The translations under genes and the position numbers were made by a program. Under the pieces are notes generated by a model. The model searched no databases, was not told the origin of the DNA, and worked only from the letters and a program-made list of their open reading frames with translations. From Octopus vulgaris (taxonomy: Eukaryota), in assembly GCA_951406725.2 (NCBI GenBank), contig OX597818.1:90954001-91018000 (forward strand): 64,000 nt of DNA, written 5' to 3'. Shown here piece after piece: positions 14,555 to 28,133 of the stretch; the stretch's first letter is position 1; each line of letters opens with the position of its first letter.

Positions 14555-14618
<64 letters not shown>

Positions 14619-14619
14619 T

Positions 14620-14953
14620 TAACCATTTTACTACCATCCACAGCGGGCAGTTGACCATTTAACATATTACTGTCATGGCACTCCCACATGCTTTTTCTTC
14701 TTCTTCTCTACCAAGAATTCACAACGACCTCGAACCCACAATAGTAAACAAGAGAGACAGGGACAGGCAGAAACAAGGAAAATGCCACTTGTATTTGAAC
14801 ACTGAGCAAATATCCCTTTTAAAAAACTTTTCTTTCAATTTTTAAAAAATTTAATTGTCTTCCATACTTACAGTTAAAAATGTCTCAATGACTGAAACCG
14901 GTACTGAAATTTTTTTTATAAGATTATATTAGCATTTTCCATCTTGACTATTT

Positions 14954-14955
<2 letters not shown>
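14620..14955 (+). mobile_element. Penelope pseudo-LTR fragment with decayed HHR-like motif (14871-14906)
   Basis: CAG-TTAAAAA-TGTC-TCAAT-GACT-GAAACCGGTA-CTG. Sits between (TA)n tracts and is homologous to 8750-9250. Confidence 0.6.
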
Positions 14956-15039
<84 letters not shown>

Positions 15040-15695
15040 GTATATACGTATACACAAACATATCTACGTATCTACATATGATTTTCATTGGTCACTTGAC
15101 CTAGCATTGCTTCCTCTTGCCATTCCATTACATTTTTCACTTCTCTCCTTGCAACAAGTGCAGGCAATCCGACCCAAGAATATATATCTTTGAGTTACGT
15201 AAGACAATTTCATATTGTCTTGCAAACATGTGTAGTACGGATTTAGCTTTTCAATGCTATATACCTGTCAATTTATAATCGCATAGTTAGCAATCATCGT
15301 TTGCTAAACAGGGAGTTATATTTCTGTATTGATCTTATCGAGATTTCCATCTAATTCGATATGGGAGAGAATGCATAACCTACGTTGATTAATGAAGTTT
15401 GTTGATCGAATATCATCTGCTTTATGCCACCTATACACGCAGTGTATATGATTGATTCTTACTAACTGCGTGTACCAAGATCGTTTCGAATCACATACAT
15501 ACATACATACATACATACATACATACATACATACATACATACATACATGCATACATACATACATACATACATACATACATACATACATACATACATACAT
15601 ACATACATGCATGCATACATACATGCATGCATACATACATATGCATACATACATACACACCCACATGTCTCTATGTATATATAGATATATTTTCA

Positions 15696-15736
<41 letters not shown>

Positions 15737-15834
15737 TTACAAATATCTAGGTTAATAATATCTATATATGATATGTGTGAATATGTGTTTATGTATATAT
15801 GTATGAATGTATGAATGTATGTATGTATCTATAG

Positions 15835-15893
<59 letters not shown>

Positions 15894-16479
15894 TATATAT
15901 ATGTACATATATATAGTGTTCGTTGGGATGGTCGTGATGTTCAAAACAATATTCAATGCCAAGGGTTGATACATATTTATGGTGACTGCAGCTGGCATCT
16001 CACATCTAATTATTTGAATTTCAAGCTCCAGATGAAGAGAATGGATGCAAAGTGCTTTATAGATAACCCATAGTTCAGAATATAATGTCAAATACGCGGG
16101 GAAGATGTGGTTTGTGGGAAGAAAAGCACAGTGAAGAGATGTGCTAATAAGGAAAGAGAAGTAGAGTCGTACGTGTTCTAACAACCGTCGGCGTGTGGTT
16201 AGTTTTATCTGACGGTTAGGATTTGGAATTAAACTCAGGGCTGAGGTTAAATTTACGCATATGCATACATGCATACATACATGCATACATACATACATAC
16301 ATACATACATACATACATACATACATACATACATACATACATACACACTTGCATACATGCATGTATCCAAATATCTTTCTCTCCCTCTCTCCCTCACTCA
16401 ATTACTCTCTCTCTTTCTTTCTCTTTCTCTCTTTGATTCTTTGTTTCGTTCTCTCTTTCTCTCTCTCTCTCTCTATGTG

Positions 16480-16573
<94 letters not shown>

Positions 16574-16589
16574 CATCTATCTATCTTTC

Positions 16590-17700
16590 AGGCTGCATAA
16601 ATATTAAGCAACGTTTTGAAACATGGATTTCATCTCGATATATTTCAATAATGCGGTAAGTTTATTCATTGCAATCAGTACCATAACAATCAACACATTT
16701 TTGTCAACGAGTTACAAATTTCTTTATTCCGATAACGTAAAAATCTGGAGTTCCGGAGCTGATGAACACTTTCAACGCACTTTCAGCATAGTTTTGATTT
16801 TTGAACTCTTTCTCTCGCATTAAACCATCAAGGTGCTTGAAAAGGTGATAGTCGGTAGGAGAAAGATCTGGGTAATAAGCTGGGTGGGGAAGAACTTCGT
16901 AGCCAAGATTCCTTAACATCTGCAGCGCCATTAGTGAAACGTGTGGTCGAGCATTGCCATGAAGAATGATTGGCCCTTTTCTGTTGAGAGAAGAATAGCA
17001 GTTATTCATTAATTTTGGCAGTTTCATGGCAATATGCTTCAATAGTAATGGATTTTCCGGCTTTGAAGAAGTTATAGTAGATGAGTCCAGCAGTACACCA
17101 TCAAACAGTCACCATAACCTTCTTCTTGAAGAGCTTGGGGTTAGGGAAGGTTTTCGGTGCTTTATTTTGGTGCAGTCACTGCGAAGGGCATTTTTTATTA
17201 TTGTACGAAGTCCACTTTTCCTCGCAAGTAACAATACGGTCGATAAATGGAACGGTCTGGTAAGGGAGAAGAAGCGACGAGCAAATTTCACATTTGCGCA
17301 TTTTGTGATTTTCATTCAGTTTGTGTGGCACGCATTTGCCGCACATTTTTGATTTTCCGATTTCATGCAAATGGTGCAGGCAGTTTTCTGGTGAACTTAA
17401 AGTTGATTTCCTAGTTCTCGAGTGATTTTACTTGAATCTTTCTCAATGACGGTCAGTAATTCGCCGTCATCGGTGACAGATGGGCGTCCACTACGCTCAC
17501 GATCTTAGATGTTCAGGTCTCCACTACAAAATCGCTTAAACCATTTTCGATCTGAATTCTCATTGTTCATTTCCTCATCAAACGTTTCGTTCATATCACG
17601 AGCAGTTTCAGCTGGATTACGTCCTGTTCCGAAGTTGAATAGCAAAATTGCTCGAATACAGATGACTGTAAAAACGATGAAAAGAATATAAATGTTCATT
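16590..17700 (-). mobile_element. Decayed mariner (DD34D) transposon
   Basis: KWFKRF HTH, CVPHKL (WVPHEL-like), IVTCEEKW, LHGNARPH, PHPAYYPDLSPTDYHLF. Multiple frameshifts. Confidence 0.88.
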
Positions 17701-17775
17701 TATTGTTGCATTTGGGCAAGTCTATGTCTGTATTGTCAGACATCTTTTCTAACCAGTAGTTAGAAAAAGGCTATA

Positions 17776-17828
<53 letters not shown>

Positions 17829-18268
17829 TTGAGTGTGCGTGTGTCAGTGTGTCGGTATGCTCTAGGGTATGTGGAAAGGTAAAAGTATATCACAAGTTCA
17901 TCTTTATAGTTAGAAACAGCGAATTCATTTACTAATTGTTATATATCTTTGTGGGTAATGGTCTTGTTTACCGTCACCAAGATAGCTTTTTCAATAGGAA
18001 AATTGGATTTAAATAAGGAGATTTACAGGCAAATATAATATCTCTGGCAACCATATTTGTTTTTCGTTGTCTACTTTTCCACTAAAATGACTTCAACAGA
18101 TAACGTTACACTCAAACATACAAACACAGCTAATCATGTCCCTATATTCACTGTACATAGTAATAAACACGGGATGGTCACGACTGGAATACATTTCATC
18201 GTACATTTGATCTATTACGGTTGACCGAAACCCCAAAATACAGCCTAACCATTACAACGTGTGCGTGC

Positions 18269-18300
<32 letters not shown>

Positions 18301-18301
18301 G

Positions 18302-18334
<33 letters not shown>

Positions 18335-18338
<4 letters not shown>

Positions 18339-19446
18339 AAAATAAGATAAGGTAGAAAATGCTAAAACATTGGAATATAGCCATCAACAACTTCCTTTCC
18401 TTGACATCCTCATTAAGAAATCTAACAGCGAAATAGAAAAACAGATATATACTATAAGCTCACGGACTCCAAGCAATATATACCGTTCAACTCATGCCAC
18501 TCCAGACACACTAGAATGAATGTCCCTTTCAATCTAGCAGAAAGGATTTATGCTATAGTTTCTAATATAAGCATCAGGGACACACGACTACTTGAACTAA
18601 AGAACACACTCCTCAACAGGAACTACCTACCATCACTAATGGATATATGCTTTCAATGTGCCCTGCAACTCAACATACACAATCTCAGACATCCGAAATT
18701 TAAGAAGAATTTACAACCAAAAGCCCTACCATACATCTCCACACAACTCTCTTAACAATGAAGCATTCAATACCATCACCCAAAGACTTCTACTAAAAAC
18801 TTTAATCCTCCAAATGCACTCCAACATAAAGACAGTCCAAATCTATGAAAAATCTAACACAAGCTCGAATATGCTCAACAACAACACTGAAGTCGTCAGT
18901 AAAACGATTGCGGAAGACCTAACTCTGGTATATGCGTCAACCTAATTGAGGGATCAGAGTTCTCTTTCAAACAGGGTCAACGTTTCACAGTGATATATGT
19001 ATTAACCTACTCTGGGTGTCGAGAGCCATATATAAGTCAAACCAGAAACGGTTAACGTCAAAGGATGGCTCTGAACAGATCCCAAATCAAAATTCCGAAA
19101 AACAAAAATAGCATTCAGCGAACGCAATAACAAACAACCCAGCTTCAGAATTTTAACCTTCTATCAATTCAGGGACGATACAACCTGTAGCCAGCACATT
19201 AGTACAGAGTCATTCTTTATCACAAAATACGAACCCCTTTTGAATGCACCTACCTCAAATGACAATATCACCAACGTCTTAGAATAACACCCAAGGAAAT
19301 ATCAATAACGATATATTCAAAACAGACACTTCAATCACTACTATTACAACCACAACGGATCACTTTTAGGATACATGACGATTTAATAGCATTCCACCAA
19401 CATGCTGCTACGGTCATATTACTCCCGCATTCTTCTTCTTCTTCTA

Positions 19447-19477
<31 letters not shown>

Positions 19478-19740
19478 CTTCTTCTTCTTCTTCTTCTTCT
19501 TCTTCTTCTTCTTCTTCTTCTTCTTCTTCGCCCCCTTTCTCTATTTCGCCCCCTTTCTCTACTACTACTGCTGCTTAAACAATCAAAGATAAGAATTCAT
19601 ATCAAACTAGCTGTTGTTAACTACCTAGAATCCACAAGAGTTAAAAAGAGAGACAGAGACAGACCGAAAAAAGGAAAAGGTCCTTTGCATTTGAAAACTG
19701 GAAATATTAAAAAAAAACCTTTCATTTAATTTTTCCACAA
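18335..19740 (+). mobile_element. Penelope-like element remnant (RT C-terminus + GIY-YIG endonuclease + 3' region)
   Basis: QLPFLDILIKK, TDIYYKLTDSKQYIPFNSCH, NVPFNLAERI (RT thumb); VIYVLTYSGCREPYISQT (GIY-YIG); ESFFITKYEPLLN C-terminus. Many frameshifts. 3' region is homologous to 8750-9250 and 14620-14955. Confidence 0.85.
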
Positions 19741-19744
19741 TAAC

Positions 19745-20936
19745 GCAAACATTTCCACAATTCTCAACCGATTTTCACTAAACTTTACACACTCATTACA
19801 TATATGCCACAAACATTACTTATGAATTATAACATTTTGCTCTGAGCTCCCGCGTAAATGGATAAATTGTGAAAAACGGTGGTTTACAATCCGTTGTATG
19901 TACATAGTCTTTTTGTATGTAGGGTCTTCTATACATTTTTAATCTATTTGATCGCATATTGGCATTAGAAAATATTTTAGTTCTTGTTTGATTTATTATT
20001 TATTTATATGTTGTAACTGTGTATTATTACTTGGTTAGAGAATATCATAAAAGTGAAAGGATTTTGGCTTTTTTGTTTATTTCCAATGTCCGCCTAAGAC
20101 GGTGATTAAATTGACTAGGTACACTGTACGCGATCAATATCCAATACCAAACAATCTTAATCTCCATATTTAAACTACATTAAACTTTGGCAAGCTTATC
20201 TTTACTTATTCTGAGTTACTTGAAGGGTGACGTTCCCTTCCCAGTTTTCTGTTTGTTGATACCTTTTTTCCCTTTAAGGATGCTTATTTACCCATCCATT
20301 ATTATATTTCGAACGCAACATCTTTCAACTGCGAACTGCTAAAGATGCAAAGCAGTATTCGTGAACTGAAGTCAAACTCTTCATGTCTTCATTGTTCGTT
20401 ACCTGAAGTCAGTTTCAGAGTGGTCGTACACTGTAAGCAGGTAGCTAATACATTCCTTTAGCTCTACATTTTAAAGTAGGTATTATATTACCATTTTTAA
20501 ACACACCAATCATATTTCTCTCCGAAAAAATAATTCCATTTAATGTTGAATAAAATAAATTCACAGAGGGGAAGTTTCAACGACTTCCTTCAATTTCTTT
20601 ACACCGTTTTTCTGACAACAAATTTGTAACAACGAATTTCGGACGAGAAATTTCGCTTTCATGTAAAATAACTATATTTTCTAGTCATTATATGTAATGT
20701 ACTCCCAAAACACTTCAGTAGCTCTACTTCGCACCGCTTGCAAATTTATATATTCTATGTTCCTTAGAGTGCAACGACCTACAAAATAGCCAGTTTTCAA
20801 TTTGGCTTTCTGTTCCAAGTTAATCGGAAAAATAGATTGCCGTGCTACTCATTAACCTTCTCGGTAGTTCAATTATTTGGTGAAAAAAATATCACCAAAG
20901 CAAATTAAACCGTGCAAACTACGGGTGTGTCTGCTA

Positions 20937-20937
<1 letters not shown>
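19745..20937 (+). mobile_element. Possible non-autonomous Helitron (3' end supported, 5' end uncertain)
   Basis: Short hairpin CCGTG-CAAAC-TACGG about 10 nt before CTAG (20934-20937), followed by T. Confidence 0.4.
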
Positions 20938-20991
<54 letters not shown>

Positions 20992-21078
20992 ACGTACATA
21001 CATGCATATATCTGTATATATATGTACACACACACACACACACACGCACATATATATATATATTTATATGTATATATA

Positions 21079-21950
21079 TGAGGGGGTTACCCAAAAGAAA
21101 CCGGTATTTCGGAATATTATTTTATTCACTTGGTTTTATTTGTTTATACTTTTACTGCTTTCAAATATTCTCCAATTGAAGCGATGACTTGGTCCAGACA
21201 CGTTTTCCGCTGTTCGAAGCGGTTCTGGAACTCTTATGATATGATGCCTTTTAACGCCTCTGTCTTTTTTTTCTTCACCTCGTCCACATCTGCGAAACGT
21301 TTTCCTTTAAGGACATTTTAAATTGAGGGAACAAAGAAAGTTGCAGGGAGCAAGATCAGGCGAAAAGGGAGGGTGTTTAAGCAGGGTCATGCCATATTTG
21401 GTTAAAAACTCTCACACTGAAGGTGGTGTGCGCAGGTGCATTGTCGTGATGAAAGCACCATTTTCCACGTTGCCACAGGTCAGAGCGTTTTCGTTACACT
21501 GCGTCCCGCAAACGCATCAAAAGTGCCAAGTAACATGTCTGGTTAACAGTTTGACCAGAGGTAATAACTTCTGTGAGGAGAATTTCTTTCACACCGATGA
21601 AACTAATCACCAACATCTTGACATTGGACTTCACCTTTTGAGGAGTGGTGACATTGAATGCTTCCATTGACTCGATTGCTGCTACGTTTCCGAGTCGTAG
21701 TCGTAGCACCAACTTTCGTCACTAGTGGCGATCTTCGAAAAAAAGTTCCGGATCATCTTCCAACTGTTCTTTCAGTTCATGATAATCATTCAGTCGCGAC
21801 TGCTTTTGATCTTCCGTGAGCAAAATTGTTATAAATTTTGCTGCAACTCTCATTCACAATTCCTCGCTCAAAATTTGTCGGCAGGGGCTCCAGGACACTC
21901 CAGTCATATTAGCAAGTTCGTTAATTGTTCCGTGGCGGTTCTCCAAGTTG
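21079..21950 (-). mobile_element. Decayed mariner transposon
   Basis: Minus strand GQTVNQTCYLALLMRLRDAV and HPPFSPDLAPCNF. TIR-like GAGGGGGTTACCCAAAAG next to TA. Confidence 0.8.
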
Positions 21951-22109
21951 ATGTTTTAAAAGATATTTTATTTTAAAAGTATCTTAACTTTTACTATTGG
22001 TAAGGTGTGTTACTGTAAAAGCTAGGTGGCATTTGATCAATTGTTAATATATGAATTAATCAATTGGCATTATTTCGACATTAAAAATTTGAAATTGTTT
22101 AATCAATTT

Positions 22110-23120
22110 TTGATGCTGTTGTGAGCAACTGTGACAAAATGGCAGAGATACGGTTGTTGTTTTCAAAACGTAAGCCTATTTCAATGTGTTATTTCAAATT
22201 TGATAATTTTTTTGAAGTTCAAGGTCAGGAAAGGCGTGAGTTTGTCATAAAACCTTCAACATGCCTGACAATTTTACGGAATCGTAAGTTCGAAAAACGT
22301 GGTACCGTCTGTGATGTGCCGAAGGGAAAATACGGCAGACCTCTTACAGTGACAAGGGCTGCTGCCTTGGTTATTGTTTTGAAACATTTCACACGCTCGC
22401 CAAAGAAGTCTACCCCGTAATGTGTACGCAATAGAGGAATAAGCAATACAAGCATACATCACATTTTTAAAAGAACTAAGTGGAAGGTTTACACCCCAGG
22501 ACTAATGCATGCAATTAACGATGGCGATCCTGATCAAAGAAACGAGTTTTGTGGATGGTTCCCAAACACTGTAGGCAGGCATGAAGCTTTGGTGAGAACG
22601 ATTAATTGGAACAATTTAAGCTAAACAGAACACTGAACTAACTTAATTATGTTTACTGGGTACCAGAAAATTCTTTCCTGCATCGAAGTGGTCAATCTAA
22701 TAGGGTTCGATGTTTGGTATGAAGTGTCATCATAAACTTTAATAGAATAATTTTTCTTTGAAGGTACTGTTACTGGTCAAGCGAACTTATACATGCTACA
22801 CGCATTCATTTTACTTGCCATATATACACTTTTTTCTTTCAGCAAGATAGTGTATTGTCACATTACTGCCGAGACACAATAGCTGACCTGGGTGAAAGTT
22901 TGCAAGGACATGGGTTAGGACGAAGAGGTGAATTTGCTTTCTCCATAACTCCTCCTGATTTAACACATGCTGACTATTACTTATGGGAGCATCCTAAAGG
23001 ATGTCATGTGTGGCAGAAAGGCAGCTACAGTCATGGCCTTTAGGGAAGAAATTGAAACATGCGCAAGCAGCGGTTTGCCGTATTAAGTATCTGGACGCTA
23101 ATTGCCACCACTTTGAGGTT
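22110..23120 (+). mobile_element. Decayed Tc1/mariner-superfamily transposase (DD37D/maT-rosa-like)
   Basis: KFEKRGTVCDVPKGKYGRP..RSPKKS, FFQQD..HY and TPPDLTHADYYLW motifs, with stops. Confidence 0.7.
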
Positions 23121-23438
23121 AAATATGACTTGTATTAATCTCTCGATGTCAGAATAAATTCAATATTAAAATAGTTCTGAGAGAAACTGGAAGAAACGCG
23201 TCTTATACATGTATCAATGACTGTGTCCTTGTGTTTGTCCCCAACTAGCGCTTGACAACCAGTGTTGATTTGTCTATGTTGCCTTAACTTGTGTCTTCGG
23301 CATAAGACACCAATAGAATATGTACCTAGCTTGAAAAAAGTACTGGGGTCGATTCTTTCGACAAAACATACTTTAAGGCGGTGTCTTAAATATATACCTC
23401 TCTCTATATATCTACCTATCTACCTCTGTTTTATCTAC

Positions 23439-23487
<49 letters not shown>

Positions 23488-23490
<3 letters not shown>

Positions 23491-24124
23491 CAATTAAGGA
23501 CAACCACTTAATAAGGAAAACTTAACAAGAAATTGTCAGGTAGATAGCGTGAAAACCTCATAAGAGAAAAAATTTCGAAAATAATTATTTCTTATTGAAC
23601 ATATTAATTTATATATAGAGGGCATTATACATACATGCCAGAGGGCATTATACATACATGCCACACGCTAAGAGGGACAATTAGTCATTTCTACCAAAAA
23701 TATTACTAATCCCACCGAATGCAATTTTTCAAAGTAAGACATTTAAAAAATATAGACCTGTATCACAGTGATTTCATACTTACGTATTCATCAGCAGGCC
23801 TGGATGTATCATACATAAACGACCCTGCCTCGCTTAAGCCGATCAGCTAACTGATCAACATCAACGAAGCACATGGGTGAGTTTACATATATTACATCCG
23901 GTAAATGGCAGACTTTTACGAATTGCATTTCGGAGAAGGAAAAGTTTTTTCGGAATAAAAATTTAGCAATTAAGGACAACCACTTAATAAGGAAAACTTA
24001 ACAAGAAATTGTCAGGTAGATAGCGTGAAAACCTCATAAGAGAAAAAATTTCGAAAATAATTATTTCTTATTGAACATATTAATTTATATATAGAGGGCA
24101 TTATACATACATGCCAGAGGGCAT

Positions 24125-24128
<4 letters not shown>
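23488..24128 (-). mobile_element. Retrozyme-like / non-autonomous Penelope-type element: 476-nt unit present as ~1.35 copies, inserted in (TA)n
   Basis: 23488-23652 is repeated identically at 23964-24128 (period 476). The unit has no ORF, contains the hammerhead and is flanked by (TA)n on both sides. Confidence 0.75.
23754..23801 (-). ncRNA. Type I hammerhead ribozyme, intact core
   Basis: Minus strand reads AGGCCUG-CUGAUGA-AUAC-GUAA-GUAU-GAAA-UCA-CUG-UGA-UA-CAGGUCU. Stem I 7 bp (one G-U), canonical CUGAUGA and GAAA core, stem II 4 bp with a GNRA loop, stem III closed by a 3-nt loop, AUA cleavage triplet. Predicted cut between 23761 and 23760. Confidence 0.88.
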
Positions 24129-24157
<29 letters not shown>

Positions 24158-24379
24158 TGACTTTTCAATATGTTATATCTAAGATAATATATACGCACTT
24201 ATACATAGAAGCATAGATATATGTGTGTTTTTGCGTATGCATGTAATTTTGCATAAATGTATGTATGTTTGTTCTATTGATTACTTCTATGTGTGTATAG
24301 TGGACTGCGTTTGTAGTTTTAGCTATGAACATACGTATGTTGTTTTGCGTTGGCGTGTGTGTGTGATGTATGCGCGTGC

Positions 24380-24414
<35 letters not shown>

Positions 24415-27400
24415 TTTTCATCTATGAAAACATCACGTAGTACATGTTTATATCTACTGAATTTTTGAGTACTGTTATAGATACACAAATATGATAATGA
24501 ACATATATATATATATAGATGTATGTAGACAAAGTCACACGCCCTCTAACGTACATATATTCACATATATACATTGATACACACACACACGCATATATAT
24601 TTATATATATATACATATATGTATGTATTTATATGTGTATACATATATGTAGTATTAAGTATATATTTGTGAGATCGATAAGAAGTGTCAGTAACAAAAG
24701 TTAATTGATTGATTTATTGCTCATAATTTTCATTCATCAAACAAAAGCAAACGTCACTTTTTATCAACACTTTCCTAATAAGCAACAAAAAAAATACTGC
24801 AAAAGTAAAAATAAAAATTCAAAAATAAGTAAAGAAAAACCATGCAACAAAAAGCGCAAAAATCCATCGATTGATGTCTCAGTAAACATTATAAAAATAT
24901 ATGTATGATATTTGATATTTAAAGATGCACTGATTGCCTAATTTCACGGGTTAGGCTTATGACTTTATCGTCAAATTATTATTTAATGTTCGCGGAAGTT
25001 ACTGTTGTTTAAAGAGTGGAAATAGTTTTACGGCCATCTTGAAAATTGTTACGAGTGATATTATCCACTGAATGATTTTAAAATGAATAGTGTCTTTTCT
25101 GTTACTAAAATGATAGCTGGTTGGTGTAATGCAATATTACAGGGCTTCTTAATGTGTATTTTGCGCCCTCTTTCAAATATTTATGGGTCAAGAAAGGAGA
25201 ATTGTAGATTTCTTTTTCTAGCGTTAGATGACATAACTTGCAAGCACAGCCGTGTGATTAAGAAGCACAGAATGCGACCTATTGCTTTCGGGTTCAGTCA
25301 AACTGCGCTGCACCTTGGAGGCAAATGTTTTTTACTAAAGCCCCTGGCCAACCAGCGGTTTGGGAGAGATTTTAGTCGACAACATAGGACCCTTACGTAT
25401 AGATATGCATATTTACAAACATACATTATACATACACATATACATAGTTGTGCATATATATATATATACATGCGTTTAGGTAGTGGGTAGCGATTTTCTT
25501 CACTACTTCAGGGAGTGACGACCCTGTCTGACACGAGTCCCGGGCTCAGCTGACTCTGGCTGACAGTACCCGGTATAGGCCCCTCTCCAGGGTTACGGAA
25601 AGGAGCCAACCTTCGAAAAAATTCGGAGTGGAGCCCCGTAGGCGGTTTAGTCTTCAACTCAACACTCTTCCGGCAGCTCCTGCAACCAAACTGATGCCAA
25701 ACGTAATGCTCCGGTCGCCTTTGGACTACATCAGCAAGGTCGAGAGAGGAATCTTGACAACTGGGCTACCCAGGATTTTCTTACATCTACCCCAGGCCTA
25801 CGCAAAACTGGAGAGGACATGAAAAGTAAAAACCAGACTGCATAAATTTATGCGCAGCTCCATTGTCTCTCGAGACAAAAGGAAGCCAACAACAACAATA
25901 TACATGCGTACATATGTCCGTATGTGTTTCTGTTTGTGCCTACCACTGCTTGACAACGGTTGTTTGCTTGTTTACATCTTCGTAACTAAGCGGCTGGAGA
26001 TTAGTGTTGGTGATGGTGGCGGCAAAGAAATACATAGAAGTACAAGTCTTTAAAAAGTAAGTACTAAAATGGATTGTTCGTTTAAATCATTCAAAACTCT
26101 ACCCTTCCATGGTCACGTCCCAATGACTGAAACACGTAAAAGATAAACAATTACTTATTCCAACCCTCTCCTCCCAATTTCAAACCCAAACTAAGTCAAC
26201 TTCATTTCTCATGACTAATATCTATTGTTACAAATCGGTGATCTGGCAGAATCGTTAGCACGCCGGGCAAAGTGCTTGACATCATTTCGTTCATCTTTCC
26301 GTTGTGAGTTCAAATTTCACTGAGGTCTACTTCGTCTTTTGACCTTTCGGAGTGGATAAAGAAATTAGCAGTTGGGCACTGGGGTCGGTGCAACCATTTA
26401 TTCTCTCTCCGCCTCGATATTGCTGGCCTTGTGCCAAACCTTTAAACATATATTCATTATTACTAGACCAGGATAGTGAATTGCAGAAATTATTAAAACT
26501 ATCTTTCCTAGGTTTGCGTTCTAAGTTCAATTTCTGCCTTGCTGCCGAAAGCAAGTGCTTGTCATGCGACTACAAAGCATCGTGACCAATCTGCAGTTCT
26601 ATTTATGAAATACAAGTATTTATAAAATTCGATGTCTTGCATTATTTGCTCCAGCTCTCTCCTTCCAAATTTCAAGTCCAGACCATGTGAACTCCAAAGT
26701 TCGTACATTCTGAGGAAAATAATTAACGTTACTTGTCCACGTCGGTGAATTAGAGAAATCGTAAGAACGGAATATTTTCAGGCTTTTGCGTCCTAAGTGT
26801 AATTCCTGCTATGGTGTCGAAACAAATGTGAGGGAGAGGGGAGGGGGAGAAATATTGGTATCTAACCATGGCACAAAGTCAGCAATTTCGATAGAGCAGG
26901 TAAGTCGATTATATTTATCCCAGTGATCAACTGGTATTTATTTTATCGACCAAGAGAAGATGAAAGGTAAAATCAACCGCAGCGAAATTTGAACTCAGAA
27001 TGTAAAAATGGACAAAATGTCGCTAAGCATTTTGCCAGCTCACTGCATTGAGAGGGAGAAATATTACAACTTGTTAATTTAACATAAGTGATATCAACAC
27101 TCTCTGTCCACAATGAGAAATATGCTTACACATATAAACAGAGAGAGAAGGGGAGAGAGAGAGAGAGAGAGAGAGAGAAAGAATATAACGAGAGAAATAT
27201 TAAAATATGATGTCAAATAAGTCAGCGTCGAGTGAGCGACGCCAAATAGGCGACACCAAAACAGCTGTGTGAAACGATTTCCTACTCAAAACAGTCCGTT
27301 CGACACCCTAACGATTCTGCAAATCTTCTGCCCAGGATTGTTACTTATTTCCCGACCGACGAAAGTTTGGAAGCAAAGTTGACTTCAACAAGATTTGAAA

Positions 27401-28133
27401 GTAAGACGCTGTGAGTTGGAGCTAATTTAAAATACTCTAATGATCAATTATTATGCAAATTGAAAGTCATTAATATTTGCATATTTGCACTCATAAGTAA
27501 TTAAAAATTAGCATCATCAATGCAAATTGATTTATAAACAAGTGACCGGAAGACAACACTATGCAAAACAAAATCGTATAACGTATTTTAATCATTAATT
27601 ATATCGTATACTTAATGCCCGAATGTATAAATGTAATTTATAAATTATATAGATTTAATGAAAATTTAATTAGCATAATACAATACTGTGGTATTCCTCA
27701 CCCAGATGGTAAATTTTCCAATATCGGGTTCAACAGTCTCAAATCTGCCCTTTCACTTATTGAAAGTATATTTAGCTACTAAGTTAACAACTGAGAATAA
27801 AATAATACAGTAAAACATTGAATTTTCTCTTGACAAAGCACGAAGAAAGAAAGTAATAAATAAATAGTTTCACGTTTTTGGCACAGGGTCATCAATTTGG
27901 CGCCGGGTAGAGGATGAGTCGATGAAATCGACCTCAGTGCTCAACTGGTATATATTTTATCGAATGCTAAAAGATGAAAAGCAAAGTTGACCTCGACGTC
28001 ATTTGAGGATATATGGTCGGAGGAGATGCCGCAAAGCATTTTGCGCGGGGTATTAACACTTGTGCTAGAAAATAATGAGAAAAGTAAATCAAATAAAAAG
28101 AATAATAGAAAAAAAATTTGAATTATATTGCTA

